Below are positions 38,500-51,786 of a stretch of DNA of 63,942 bases, one piece after another. A program made the translations under genes and the position numbers. Origin of the DNA: Negaprion brevirostris (lineage: Eukaryota); contig JARDVH010000132.1 in assembly GCA_030324005.1 (NCBI GenBank), positions 118,533,600 through 118,597,541 of the forward strand. Reading direction: 5' to 3'. How positions within the stretch are numbered: position 1 is the stretch's first letter; every line of letters starts with the position of its first letter. Under the pieces are notes generated by a model. The model was given only the letters and a program-made list of their open reading frames with translations, made no database searches and was not told where the DNA came from.

Positions 38500-39025
38500 A
38501 CAAGCCACCATTCAAACTGGGGGAGTTAATACAAAGGTAGTGTTAGCAGGGGACAGTACAGTCGGAGGCATAGACACATTTCTCTTCAGCTGAGAGCCAG
38601 AGTCCAGACAGTTCTGTTGCTTACCCGATGCCAGGATTTGGGGCATCTGTCTGATGTTGGAGTGGTATTTGCAGTGGGAGGAGAAAGATCCAGTTGTTGT
38701 GATCCACATTGATAACGATGCTTTTGATAGTATAAGAAAGAGATTCTGTTTAGGGATTATGAGCAGCTAGCAGTTAAATTAAAAAGCAGCATCTCAAAGG
38801 TAGTGATTTCTGGATTATTAGCTGAGCCACAAATAAATTGGCATAGTGTAAATAAGATTAGAGAGATGAATGCATGGCTCAAAGACTAGTGTAGGTGGAA
38901 TGGGTTTCGATTCATGGGACACCAGCTCCAAATGGGAGCTGTATCTTTGGGATGGGCTTCACCTGAACTCTGGTGGGACCAGTGTTCTGGTGAGTCACAT
39001 AACTAGGCAGAAAGGGAGGCTTTAA
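38500..39025 (+). mobile_element. CR1 ORF1 esterase (SGNH/GDSL) domain relic
   Basis: KVVLAGDS, CCLPDARI, PVVVIHI, KVVISGLL, MNAWLKD, DGLHLN. Confidence 0.85.
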
Positions 39026-39029
39026 GCTC

Positions 39030-39505
39030 CAACGGTGCACTGCCCTCTGGCACCTTGGCACTGACGCACTTGTCTAGCCCCTTGGGGGCTCAAGGAAGTA
39101 GACCTAGTGACTATTTGCCCCTCTATTACTGCCAGGTTCTAGAGGAAGGGACCCTCTGTAGCTCTGGGGTTGGGTGGGCTCAGGCTGGGGGCATGGTGCT
39201 GACCTCATTTCTCTCCCCAGGGATCGGGTCTCATGGCTGGACTGCCCCTTTTCACCCTGGCAGACCTAATGATCACCCTTGTCATAGAGCTGTTAGGCAG
39301 CTCTGTGATCAACATCTTCATTCCTGCCTGTCAGCTGTGAAAATTCTGAAGTGGCTAGGTCACTTTAATCTCTATGCTGCCTGCTCACCTGGTAGCACTC
39401 CATTCTGCAGCAGATATTTTCCTTTCTCCCTGTTAGAAGCTGTAGGTGTGAACAGACCCCTTTGAAGTTCTCTGTCAGAGAGGAGATGTTAATTTCACTT
39501 GGGAT
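39030..39505 (+). repeat. Shared repeat module copy 3
   Basis: Collinear with 23450-23920. Confidence 0.7.
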
Positions 39506-39574
39506 TTGTAAAAGACAAACCATTTATTCCTTTTGAAAAAATCACAACTGTCAATCGGGCTTAGAATCTTTGAA

Positions 39575-41905
39575 TTTTCACAGTGAATGGTAACTCCAGG
39601 ACGTTAATATTGAGAGATTCAGCGATGGTAATGCCATTGAATGTCAAGGGTAACTGGTTGGATTCTCTCTTGTTGGAGATAGGCATTGCCTGGGACTTGT
39701 GAAGGGCTAATCTTACTTGAAACTCATTCGCCCAAGCCTGACTTTATCCTGGTCTTGCTACATATAGGTAAAGACTGATTAGTATCTAAGGACTTGCAGT
39801 AGGTGCTGAAGACTGTGAAATCATCAGCAAACATCCCTACTCTGACTTTATGTTGGATGGAAAGTCATCGATGAAGCAGCTGATGACAGTTGGGCCAAGG
39901 ACACTAGCCAGAGCAACTCCTGCAGTGATATCCTGTGACTGAGATGATTGACCTCAAGCAACTACAACTGTCTTCCTTTGTGCTACGTAAGATTCAAACC
40001 AGTGGAGAGCTTTCGCCCAATTCCTATTGACTCTTTCATGCCACATCAAATGCAGCCTTGATATTGAGAGCACTAACTTTCACCTCACCTTCTGAGATCT
40101 TTGGACTAAGGCTATAATGAAGTCAGGAGCTGAGTGACTGTGGAAGAACTTAAACTTAGCATCAGTGTTCAGATTATTACTAAGTGCTGTAAGTGTTAGA
40201 ATTGTCAACACCAATTTCAGTCATTTTGCTGACATTCAAGAGTAGATTGATCAGGCAGTAATTGGTCAGGTTGGATATATCCTGCTTTTGTGGGCAGGAG
40301 ATACCTGTTTTCCACATTTCCAAGCAGATGGAAGTGTTGTAACTGTACTCAAACAGCTTGGCTGAGGGTGCAGCTGGCTCTTGGGCACAGATATCCAGCC
40401 TTATTGCTCAAATGTTGAGAGGACCTATCACCTTTGTGGTATCCAATGCCTTCAGCCGCTTCTTGATTTCTTGTAGAGTGGATCAAATTGGTTAAAGAGT
40501 GGCATCTGTGGTGCTGAGGACCCCTGAAGGAGGCTGAAATGGATCATCCATTTGACACTTCTGGCTGAAAATTGATGCAAATGCCTTTTCTTTTCCACTT
40601 ATGTGCTTGGCTTTTTCTTCATTCAGGATGGGGATATTTGTGGAGCTTCCTCCCCTAGTTGTTTGTTTAATTGTCCACCACCATTCATGACTAGATGTGG
40701 CAGGACTGCAGAACTTACATCTGATTCATTGGTCATGGGACTGCTTAGCTCTGACTGTTGCACACTGCTTTCACTATCTGGCATGCCAGCAATTCCATTT
40801 TGTAGATTCACCAGGTTGACACCTCATTTTTAAGTATGCCTGGTTTTGCTCCAGGCATGCCATCCTGTACTCTTCATTGAACTAGAATTATTACCATGCT
40901 TGATGATAATAGTAGGGTAGGAATACATTGGGCCACAAGTTACAGTTAGTAGTTGATACAATTCTGCTATTGTTGATGACCCAAAGCACAGCACATAGAA
41001 CCATAGCATTCTCTACAGGGCAGAAGGAGGCCATTTAGCCCATCAAGCCTGCACCGACAACAATCCCACCCAGTCCCTATTCCTGCAACCCCACATATTT
41101 ACCCTGCTAATCCCCCTAACACTAAGAGTCAATTTAGCATGGCCAGTCAAGCTAACCTGCACATCCTTGGAATGTGGAAGGAAACTGCAACACCTGGCAG
41201 AAACCCATGCAGACATGGGAAGAATGTGCAAACTCCACACAAATAATCATCTGAGGCCAGAATTGAACCCGGGTCCCTAGCGCCACCATGTCGCTCCATG
41301 GATTCCCAGTTTTGAGTTGCTATATCTGTTCAAAATCTATTCCAGTCAGCATGGTGGTAGTGCCACACAATGCGATGGAGGGTTTCCTTAATGTAGAGAT
41401 GAGGCTTCATCTCCACAAGGACTGTGCGTTGATCACTATTATTTGTATGGTTATGAGCAAATGCATCTGCTACAGGTAGATTGTTAAGGACAAGTTCATG
41501 TAGATTTTCCCCTCTTGTTAGTTCTCTCAACACCTGTCACAGACCCCAGTCTAGTAGCTATGTTATTTAGGACTTGGCCAGCTCTGTCAGAAGTGATGCT
41601 ACCAAGCCACTCATGGTGATGGATATTGTCCTAGTGTTATGAGACTTCATGAGATCTCAAATCAATGTTGAGAATTCCCAGGGCAACTAACTTCTGACTA
41701 TACCACTGTCCCACCATCATTTGTTGGTCATACCCAGGGATGATGCTGATAGTGTCTGGGACATTGTCTAGGAGGTATGCTTCCTTGGGTATGACTATAT
41801 CAAGCTGTTGCTTGGTCAATCTGTGGGACAGCTCTTCCAATTCTGGCAAAAGCCCCAGAAATTAGAAAGGTGGACTTTACAAGGTCATCAGGGCTGGGTT
41901 TGCCA
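39575..41905 (-). mobile_element. CR1/L2-group LINE family B, endonuclease to RT, with an HE1 SINE inserted
   Basis: Minus strand ELSHRLTKQQLDIVI (APE start), HRIVWHYHHADWNRF; homologous to 57852-59000. Confidence 0.85.
40994..41283 (-). mobile_element. HE1 / V-SINE with CR1-type tail
   Basis: V-domain (reverse complement GGAGTTTGCACATTCTTCCCATGTCTGCATGGGTTTC); tail GATGGGCTAAATGGCCTCCTTCTG...TTCTATG. Confidence 0.85.
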
Positions 41906-41934
41906 TATATAAATATATATACATATATATAGTT

Positions 41935-42502
41935 ACACTATAGTTAAGAAAGCCCACCAATGCCTCTACTTTCTCAGACGACTAAAGAAATTTGGTATGT
42001 TGGCTACGACTCTCACCAGCTTTTACAGATACACCATAGAAAGCATTCCTTCTGGTTGTATCATAGCTTGGTATAGCTCCTGCTTTGCCCAAGACCACAA
42101 GAAATGGTCATGAATGCAGCCCAATCCATCACACAAACCAGCCTCCCATCCATTGGCTACTGTCTACACTTCACACCGCCTCAGTAAAGCAGCCAACATA
42201 ATTAAGGACACACACACTCCGGACATACTCTCTTTCACCTTCTTCTGTTGGGAAAAAGATACAAAATTCTGAGGTCACGTACAACCGACTCAAGAACAGC
42301 TTCTTCCTTGCTGCCATCAGACTTTTGAATGGACCTAACTTGCATTAAGTTGATCTTTCTCTACATGATAGCTATGACTGTAACACTACATTCTGCACTC
42401 TTTTGTTTCCTTCTCTTTGAACGGTGTACTTTGTAAAGCTCACAAGAAACAATACTTTTCACTGTATACAAATACATGTGACAGTAATAAATCAAATCAA
42501 AA
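41935..42502 (+). mobile_element. Rex1/Babar LINE 3' fragment
   Basis: VKKAHQCLYFLRRLKKFGM...FYRYTIESI...AWYSSC; tail TGTGACAGTAATAAATCAAATCAAA. Confidence 0.85.
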
Positions 42503-42716
42503 CTATCATTTCTGGTACCATAGTCCATACTGGATGTTCATCCAGTTTCATTCCTTATTTTAAGAATCAATAAAGAATGACTTAAAAAAGAGGGAGAAAG
42601 AATAGTTGAGACAAAGCCAGTTAGTAATATAAAAGCAGAAAGATGGAGTTTCTATGAGTATTTAAATAGGAAAAGGTTAACTGAAACTAGTGTTGCTCTT
42701 TAGAGATTGTGTCTAG

Positions 42717-43415
42717 TGTTACAAGTCAGGTTGGATACTTCAAGGTGTTCTGTGAAGCTCACCTGACCTGTAACATTTTACGTAGAATTTGGCTAGGATA
42801 TGCATGAGAGGTTTCACTCCAGGTGTGATTCAACTGACCTACAAGGAGCTTTTATCAAAAACAAAGTTTAATTAAGAATATTGTTGACATATTTAGTAAG
42901 ACTATTAGCAATAATTTTTAACAGTTACAAACAAGAAACACAGCAACCATGTTATACACTATCATGTAACTGTTAAGGAAATATCTCCAATGTGTTCCAA
43001 CCAAAACTAATAGCCAATACACAAAACTCTTCAAATAAACACAGTACAGCATAAGTTAATGTCCTCTTGTTACAGAAACTCTGCTCCTGGGTTGAATGCT
43101 TAAAATCTCCTGTGAAGAAACTCAGAAGAGGTTGTAGTCAAATCTGCTTCTTTAAGGCAGAACGAAACAAAGAGAAAAAACACAGGGAGAGGGAGAAACT
43201 GTTTCTTAGCTTGTTGCTAAGCTGCTTCCAAAAACTCCCCAAAACGAAACTGAAAGCCCAAAGGAGAAAACCCCTATCACATGACTGCCACAAACAAAAC
43301 TGAAAGCCCTATCACCTGACTGCCACAGCTTAGCTCCATCCACCAATGACATCCCAGAAGCTGTAAGCTGCATGATTTAAAAAAAAAGCTTTCTTAAAGG
43401 TACACTCACACAACA
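42717..43415 (-). repeat. Solo LTR
   Basis: TGT...ACA termini, near-TSD CTAG/TTAG, interrupts the CR1; similar to 56848-57644 (GCTTTTATCAAAA block). Confidence 0.7.
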
Positions 43416-43929
43416 TTAGGAATTGAAAATGAAAAACAAGGAAAAAGCAGAGGTGTTGAACACATATTTTGTACCTGCCTTCACTGTAGAAAACCTCCCA
43501 AAGATATTTGAAAACCAAGATGTGAACAAGAGGAATTAACTTAAAAAAATCACCATTAGGGAAGAAGTGCAGGGAAAATGATTAGATCTAGAGGCTGACA
43601 AATCCCCACTGCCCTGCATCTAAAGGTCTTAAAAGAAGTGCCTACAGGGATACTAGATGCAATGGGTATAATCTTCCAAGATTCCTTAGATTCCACAAGA
43701 GCCCCAGTGGATTGGAAAATAGCTAATGTAACATCTTTATTCAAAAAAGGAAAGAGACAGAAAGCAGGCCAGTTAGCTTAACATCTGTCAGAAAAAAAAT
43801 TACTAGAATTCATTAAGGGGGTTGTAGCAGGATACTTAGAAAATCATGATTTGATCAGGCAGTTTCAACATGGATTTGTGATAGGGAAATTGTGTTTAAC
43901 TAATTTTGTAATAACAAATACGGTGTATA

Positions 43930-44689
43930 TGTTACAAATTATGGAAAATTGGCATAAAATAAAATGGAGGATTGTTAAGTGCAGCTGTCTGAAGGGGTGT
44001 TTTGATATGTGAATTAGCATACAAGTGAGAACAACTAGTGTTTACCTATGGCACTTAGACACTAAAGGCCAGATCCATAGGGTGAGTAACATCAAAGGAA
44101 AATAATGATATATCCATAGCACAATGACTGGAGAAAGGCACATAGTAGAAACAGCTACTATCACAGCCACACGCCTCTGCAGAAAAGTCTCCCCTGAAAA
44201 CAAGTTATTGCTAATAGGGCGCTAGTTAAAATCCAAAAGTGGAATTAAGAAGAATGTGCCTTCACTGAATCTGAAGACAATCATCCCAAATGTGGACAGA
44301 TAACTTGTCTGTGCTAACTATCTGCTGGATTTAGCTCATAGAGTTGTATAATGTTAGATGTTATTTGGGCAAAAGAGGCATTCAGATTTCAGGAAATGTA
44401 GGTAGTTGGGAACAGTGGGGTAACTTCATGTGATACAGCCTATGTATAGCCCTCAGGGTAGTTAAGTGTATTGCTGTTGTGTATTTTAGCACTGTTTTTG
44501 TTTTTCTGTTAAGCTGATAAATATTCTTTATTAATTGGTCACAAAACGAAAAGGTCATTCCTCCCTGGTTTGCACCTCTTTTCCCACAGTGTATCAAATT
44601 GAAAATATACACCATTAAGAACTGGTGTTTCAAGTTACCTTTCTGAGTTTTAGGATACCCTCACATTTAACATCAGTGAATTCTTAACA
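43930..44689 (+). repeat. Solo LTR related to the Gmr1-type LTR
   Basis: TGTTACA...TTAACA, near-TSD TATA/GATA; 3' end GTGTTTCAAGTT...ACCCTC...TAACATCAG matches the LTR ends at 26720-26779 and 33785-33842. Confidence 0.75.
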
Positions 44690-46891
44690 GATAAAGAGAC
44701 ACCTATAGATGTGCTGTACTTGGGTTTCCAGAAGGTGTAAGACAAAATCAAACAGGAACTGGAGAGAGCAATAAATGGATCCTTTTACAAACTGTACAAG
44801 TGGCGTGCTAGTGGGGTCAGTGCTGCGGCCTCAACTATTCACAATCTACATCAATGATTTGGATGAAGGGACCAAATGTCTCATATCTAAATTTGCCAAT
44901 GACACCAGGAAAGGTAGGAAAGTATGTTGTCCAGAGGAGGTAGGGAGTCTGCAAAGGGATATAGTCAGGTTAAGTGAGTGGGCAAAATTTTGGCAGTGGA
45001 GTATATTGTGGAAAAATGTGGAATTGTCCACTTTGGAAGGAAGAGTGGAAAAGCAGTATGCTATTTAAATGCAAAGGTATTGAAGAACTTTGTGGGACAG
45101 AGGGATCTGAATGTCCTTATAGGTGAATCACAGAAAAATAGTATGCAGGTACAGCAAATGATTAGGAAGGCAAATGAATGTTGGCATGTATTGCAAGGTG
45201 AATGGAATATAAACATAGAGTTTTACTGCAGCTGCACAGCACTTTTGTAAAACCACATTTAAAATACTCTACAGTTTTGATCTTCTTATTTGAAAATCAA
45301 TATAATTGAATCAGAGGCTGTTCATTCGACTCATTCCTGGGATGAGAGGCCTATCCTATGAAGAAAGGTTGAACAGGTGGTATCTATACCTATTGGAATT
45401 CAGAAGAGTGAGAGATTATTTTATTGAATCATATAACATCCTGAGGAAATCTGATAAATTAGATACAGGGAAGATATTTCCACTTAGAGTCATAGAATCA
45501 TAGAGGTTTACAGCATGGAAACAGGCCATCTGGCCCAACTTGTCCATGCCACCCTTTTTAAGTAAAACCTCTAAGCTAATCCCAATTGCCTGCATTTGGC
45601 CCATATCTCTCTATACCCACCATATCCATGTAACTATCTAAATGCTTTTTAAAAGATAAAATTGTACCCGCCTCTACTACTACCTCTGGTAGCTTGTTCC
45701 AGACACTCACTGCCTTCTGTGTGAAAATATTGTCCCTCTGGACACTTTTGTATCTCTTCCCTCTCACCTTAAACCTATGCCCTCTAGTTTTAGACTCCCC
45801 TACCTTTGGGAAGGTGCAGACTTGATCGACTGAATGGCCTCCTTCTGTACTGTAGGGATTCTATGATTTTATGCTTATCGGTCTTGAGGTGTAAGATTGA
45901 TACAAAAGCTTCAAACCCAATTTCCTCACTATTTCGACAATCTCATATCGCGGATTATGAAGCCAGATTTTGTTTCGCAACAGCCATCTTGTTTCTGTTT
46001 TCCTTGACTGATTGGAGGATGCTTTATTTTCCCCATGAAGAAGTTTTGAATGATCTGGAAATGTGAGCACTTTTATCACTGGGGAAAGTTGCCCTACTTA
46101 CAAAACACTAAGTATCCAGAACAATCCTTGATCATGTTACTTCACCTGCTGAAGTGAGCAAAGTGGTGTCATTATGTGTTACAGTGTGTTCGAACAAGCA
46201 TTTTCTTACTCTTGGACCTTGTATAAACTGAGCTCCAGTAGATAAAGAATAATCTGCATATCGTCATCTTCATCACTGAATGGAGCTCTTGAGACAGGTC
46301 TCCACCCCCAAACCTGGTGTAGCATTTTGAACTGTCCATGGTCAAGCTTTCATCAAGCCATTGTATACCATAACTCTGTCAAAGGTCTTAAGATTTGAGT
46401 GCCGTTGGCTAATTTAAGAACAAACTCTTCTGTCTTTTAATGCAATTCCTCCAGCGGCAATACCATTTGTCTCCACTGGATTCTCATTCACCTTCTGCCT
46501 TTGACACTTACTGGTAGTAATCTGGTTCCTTTACTGTGGTCTGGCACTGAACACTAATACCACTTACTGCCATTACCACAGTAAGTTTTAACTCCTGATC
46601 TGATTCAAACTAACCCTAAGTAAGAGACCAGAAAAGCTTATTACCAGACAGGTGAGCACATCTAACTTCCAACATTTCTCTCTATCTCTTCCTCTTGTAA
46701 CTTTGATGACCTTTCATAGTGTATTGAGAACCTCTTTGGACATTGTGTGGTGGATCTTCCTCTTTTATTCCAAATCCCTAGATTTATAATGTTACATGTT
46801 TGATTGTCTCCTTGGTGTTAAATTTGAAACTCCTTACCCTTAACTTGGACCTTCAGACTATGAAACTCAGTTTTCTCTTTGCCCTGCAATA

Positions 46892-47168
46892 GGATGGCAT
46901 TGGGGCACAGTGGGTTAGCACTGCTGCTTCACAGCGCCAGGAACCCTGATTCGATTCCCGACTCGGGTCACTGTCTGTGCAGAGTCTGCACGTTCTCCCA
47001 GTGTCTGTGTGAGTTTCCTCCAGGTGCTCCAGTTTTTTCCCACAGTCCCTAAGACGTGCTGGTTAGGCGCATCGGCCATGCTGAGTGTGGCAACTAGGGG
47101 ATTTTCACAGTAACTTCATTGTAATGTAAGCCTATCTGTGACACTAATAAATAAACTTAAAAAAAAAA
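46892..47168 (+). mobile_element. HE1 / V-SINE with alternative tail
   Basis: tRNA head, V-domain, tail TTTTCACAGTAACTTCATTG..GTAAGCCTA.CTGTGACACTAATAAATAAA. Confidence 0.85.
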
Positions 47169-47700
47169 CTTGAACTACTCGTTTTTAAAACTGAAGCTTG
47201 ATGTTATCTAACTGCTACTTACGAACTTGCACTTGCTCCCCTCCCACATTTTGAACTGGTGATGGACTTGTAACTCGTAGCCTTGNNNNNNNNNNTTTCC
47301 ATCTCTGTCCACCATTCCCAGTCAATGAAATAGGATTGCCTGATGCTAGTACCCTACCCCGATCAACACTACATCTAATGAACACTCTGTATTCAGCAGA
47401 TTAATTTCACAATCTCAGTGTTAAAAGTGGTAATCCCAGCAAGCAGTATTGTGCACCGCACTGAAGGTTAAGGTCTGTATCTCAATGAGGAATACTTTTG
47501 TTTTTAATTATATCAATTGGTTTGCCTTAACGACGTAATGAACAAAATGATAAATTGCGTTGCTGCGGTACTGACTGTTTTGAAAGATGTGTCTGGGGGA
47601 GACGTGAATGGCAGAAGGAGCTGCCATCAGCACAGGCATGAGGAGCTGCACCTCTTCTTAGGAACATTAGAACATAAGAAGTTAGACCAGAAGGCTGGAA

Positions 47701-47825
47701 GGGCAGCACGGTGGTGCAGTGATTAGCACTGCTGCCTCACAGTGCCAGGGACCCGGATTCAATTCCAGCCTTGGGTGATTGTCTCTGTGGAGTTTGCACA
47801 TTCTCCTCGTGTCTGCATGGGTTCT
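47701..47825 (+). mobile_element. HE1 / V-SINE 5' part, truncated by a gap
   Basis: GGGCAGCACGGTGGTGCAGTGATTAGCACTGCTGCCTCACAG. Confidence 0.85.
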
Positions 47826-47925
47826 NNNNNNNNNNNNNNNNNNNNNNNNNNNNNNNNNNNNNNNNNNNNNNNNNNNNNNNNNNNNNNNNNNNNNNNNNNN
47901 NNNNNNNNNNNNNNNNNNNNNNNNN

Positions 47926-48890
47926 TAATCTTGTTGTCATCTGCAAACTTACTAACCATGCCCACTATATACTCATTAAAATCATTATTATAAATTACAA
48001 ATAACAGTGGGCCCAGCACTGATCCCTGAGGCACGCTGCTGGTCACAGGTCTCCAGTTTGAAAAACAACTCTCTACAACCACCCTCTGGCTTCTGACAAG
48101 AATCCATTTAGATATCTCACCCTGGATCCCGTGAGATTTAACTTTATGCAACAACCTACCATGCGGTCCCTTGTCACAGGCCTTGCTAAAATCCCTGTAG
48201 ACAACATCAACTACACTGTCCTCATCTACCTTCTTGATTACCTTTCAAAAAACACAATTAAATTTGTGAGACATGATTTTCCACTCATAAAACCATGCTG
48301 ACTGTCCCTAAGCAGTCCTTGCATCTCAGGCACCTGTAAATCCTGTCAAAATACCTTCCAACAGTTTACGCACCACAGATGTGAGGCTCATTGGCCAGTA
48401 ATTCCCAGGATTTTCCCTGCAGCCCTTTTTAAACAAAGGCACAACATTTGCCACTCTCTAATCTTCAGGCACCTTACCCGTGACTATCAATGATTCAAAT
48501 ATCTCGGCTAGGGGGCCCTCAATTTCCTAGCCTGCCAAATGTCCTGGGATTACTTCATCAGGTCCCGGGGATTTAGCTACCTTGATGCGCTTTAAGACTT
48601 CAGCACTTCCTTCTCTGTAATATGTACATTTGTGGGAAAGACTAGAAGCAAGGGACACATTTTAAAAATAAGAGGTCAAAAGTTCAAGATAGATAAGAAG
48701 AAATCATGGAATTGTTTTCTCTCAAAAGGTTGTGAGTATGCAGAATTCTCTTCAGCAGAAAGCAGTGAAGTCTAGGTTGTTAAATTTATTCAAGCCAGTT
48801 AGACAGAGCTTTGATAGCCATGGGAGTCAGGGATTATGGAGGGTAGATGGCAAAGTGAATTTGATACCACTAATTTTATCCAGTCATGGA
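47926..48890 (-). mobile_element. CR1 RT fragment on the minus strand (47926-48630) abutting a + strand CR1 3' fragment (48630-48890)
   Basis: SSVPQGSVLGPLLFVIY...SKFADD on the minus strand; GKTRSKGHIFKIRG-like 3' segment on the plus strand. Confidence 0.85.
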
Positions 48891-50504
48891 ACAGAGTTTT
48901 ACCTGTATTTGGCAGTGTGTGGCAATAGGCAGGAAATGTGGCATTAAAACTACAGGCACCAATAGTGGTGTTAAAACTACCGGCAGCAATCATTGGGAAC
49001 ATTGCAGAAAAAATGGCAAAGGGTGGATTCCATGACATCACACTGGCGAGGTGGACTCTGTTTGCACCTGCCCTGCCAACAACTTGTGGGGGGATTCTCC
49101 AGGCGAGTTACTAGTGAGAATCATGATAGCCTGGAGAATAGGGCATTGGTTTGTGCTGAATGCCAAACTGATCATGATGCTCCCTCGCCCATCCTGCTGG
49201 TCCTGATCGGATTGCTGCCCTTAACAAGTGGCAACTCGATAATTGTACAAACTCACTATTTGTAATACAATCCTTCTCCACAGGATCACTCCTCACCCAC
49301 CCCAACCCCCAGCCCTCACTACCCCCATCATCAGCAGCAGTGTAACCCACCTGTGGCAACATAGGTTACCAGCATCGGGGCATCTGGACCTTCCCGATCA
49401 GTCTCCTAACATAACCCTTTCACAGCCCACCCCTTCCGCAGACCCACATTTATTATTCACCCAACACCTCCCTTGGAAGCCCGGCTCCTTCCCCAACCCT
49501 TCAACCCTTGTNNNNNNNNNNNNNNNNNNNNNNNNNNNNNNNNNNNNNNNNNNNNNNNNNNNNNNNNNNNNNNNNNNNNNNNNNNNNNNNNNNNNNNNNN
49601 NNNNNNNNNNNNNNNNNNNNNTGCAGAGTTCCCTCTTTTGCCGTTCCCCCCGCTGAGCTCCCTGCTTGCCTGGCTAACATACAGCGTTTGCCACCTTGCT
49701 TTTATCCACTGTAATAGCCAACCTTCTCAGGCCCCACCCTCTTAGCACTGTCTCCAGCACTGTTACGGTGCCTGGTCAGCACTGCCTGGGTGCCTGGTGG
49801 ACAATGCCAGGCTGGCAATGCCAGATGGGCACTGGCTGACCATTCACTGACCACCCTGGGGCTTCAATGGCCACGGATCCCGATGAGGAAGGAAACATCC
49901 AGGAGGCCACAAATGGCTGTGCCATATGTATTAACATCATGTTAGTGATGACAATATTTAAACTGGCTTCAGTGCAAAGCCAAACATGTGGCAAAACAGG
50001 GCCAGGAAGATGGCTTTCAATGTGAGACCAGTTCACACCCAGCACAAAATCCTTGCATGCTAGCATCAAGGTCTGGTGCGCTGATCGACTGGCATAACGG
50101 GCCAGAATGATCAAGCCCATCATCGTAGTCAATTATTTTTGCTTCCACTTCGCAAACTTGTGTTTTTTCTAAAAGTACAGGCTCAAAAACAATGATTACT
50201 TAGGTTCATCATTACCACTTTGCTTTTCACTCTGTACACCCATTTGTAATCCCAAACATTTTTATCAATTTACTCTCCTTTAAAAGATGTTCCTATGAAT
50301 AAAATTATTATCACTCAGTGCATACTTAGAATTTGTGCTAATTTTAAAACACAGAACAAACTTAAGGTAANNNNNNNNNNNNNNNNNNNNNNNNNNNNNN
50401 NNNNNNNNNNNNNNNNNNNNNNNNNNNNNNNNNNNNNNNNNNNNNNNNNNNNNNNNNNNNNNNNNNNNNNGTATTTAGTGTCATTGCTAAAGCGGCTACA
50501 GTAG

Positions 50505-51555
50505 AGGGGGTGGGGGAACTGATTTTCCTATCCCGCTGTGCAGCTTCTTTAGTGCAGCGGGCCAGGAGACTCTAGCGGTGGCCGACTCACGCTGGGCATC
50601 CAGGCCTCCACAGATCTCCCAGCGCTGGATTTCCGGCGCCATCAGCTCCACACTGATTACTGGCGCAGAGTTGCATAACATATGCAGAGTCTAATTTTAA
50701 CACAATTTAAATCCCATTACCAGGCTGGGGACTGAAATCTTGGAGGCCCGCTTGCCTCTCTCCTCCACGAGGAGTATTCCATTCAGCGGAGTTACAATAG
50801 CTCCCCACTTCAGGAAACTGGTTGCCCAATCCCGAGTGAAGGGGAGGGAATTGAGGGCCCCTCGAGAACTGGGTGCCGAGGGGAATGGGGGGGATGTCTC
50901 CTGGCTTTGCCACTTTCAGCAGAGCCAGCCTGGGCCCCCGGTACTGCCTAAGGGGCAAGGTGCCAATGTCCAGGGGATACATTGGCACTGTCATTGGGCA
51001 TCTGGTAGTGCCAAGGGGGCAGGGCCTAATGGGGGCAGGGCCTGATGGGGTGGGGCCTTTGGGGGCGATCTGTGGGATTGGGGGTTTCCGTTGCCACTCT
51101 GCACTTTGGACTGAGTGATAGAGGAAGGGAAGCCAGCAATTGGGGCTGCCTGTGGAAGTTGGTCGCGAGGGGGGTGGGCGTGTGTTTGGGAGATCGGGGC
51201 TGTGGTGGGAGAGAGATCATGGCTGGCCTGGGCATATTTTGGATGGAGGTGTTGCACGGCTGGCGATGTGGGTATCAAGGGGTTGGCCAGCCATCGGAAA
51301 ACTGGTAGACAGGGGTCACTGCGCATGTGTTAATCCTAGTGCTGACAGATCGGCGCATGCGCAGTGGCCCACTCAGTGCTATGCTGCTGGCACTCCAGTG
51401 GGAACAGGCCCTGCTCACAGCTTTTTTAAGTGATTCACATCAGTGCACTCAGCAGTGCACAGAGTGTGGGAGATTCATTTTCAAACTCCTGTGATTTACT
51501 CCAATTTTTACGTGAATTCGACACTTAACATTTTTTTCGGAGAATTCCCCCCCAC
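50505..51555. mobile_element. Harbinger-type non-autonomous element ending about 95 bp upstream of exon C
   Basis: GC/CpG-rich block with termini GGGAACTGATTTTCC / GGAGAATTCCCCCC. Confidence 0.6.
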
Positions 51556-51650
51556 CCCATGTTTGTCAAAATCTATAGTAATGGATAAAATATAATGCAT
51601 CCATTTTAAAAGCAGCTATGTAAACAAGTTGAATGTCACTTTACTTACAG

Positions 51651-51786
51651 TGTTCCTAAATGGTATTTGCCAGAGTACATGGTTCATGAGGAGTTCGTTC
51701 CTAGCCCTCCTAGAAAATTGCATGATCCTGATAAAACTACATTGGAGAAGGAGATAGAAGACAATGAGAAGGAAAATAAAGGAAAG
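51651..51786 (+). CDS. C7orf57: C7orf57 orthologue, coding exon C (136 nt, phase 2 to phase 0)
   Basis: ttacttacAG|TGTT...GGAAAG|GTAATC; DVPKWYLPEYMVHEEFVPSPPRKLHDPDKTTLEKEIEDNEKENKGK (human recalled as MPDYMVYEEF...EAEELEKEKKK). Confidence 0.9.

Larger units (their letters stand above)
42560..45870 (+). mobile_element. CR1 ORF2 carrying two solo LTRs and an antisense CR1 3' fragment (about 45490-45810)
   Basis: DWKIANVTSLFKKG, QHGFVIGKLC, LRPQLFTIYINDLDEG..SKFANDT, LIPGMRGLSYEERL. Confidence 0.9.
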
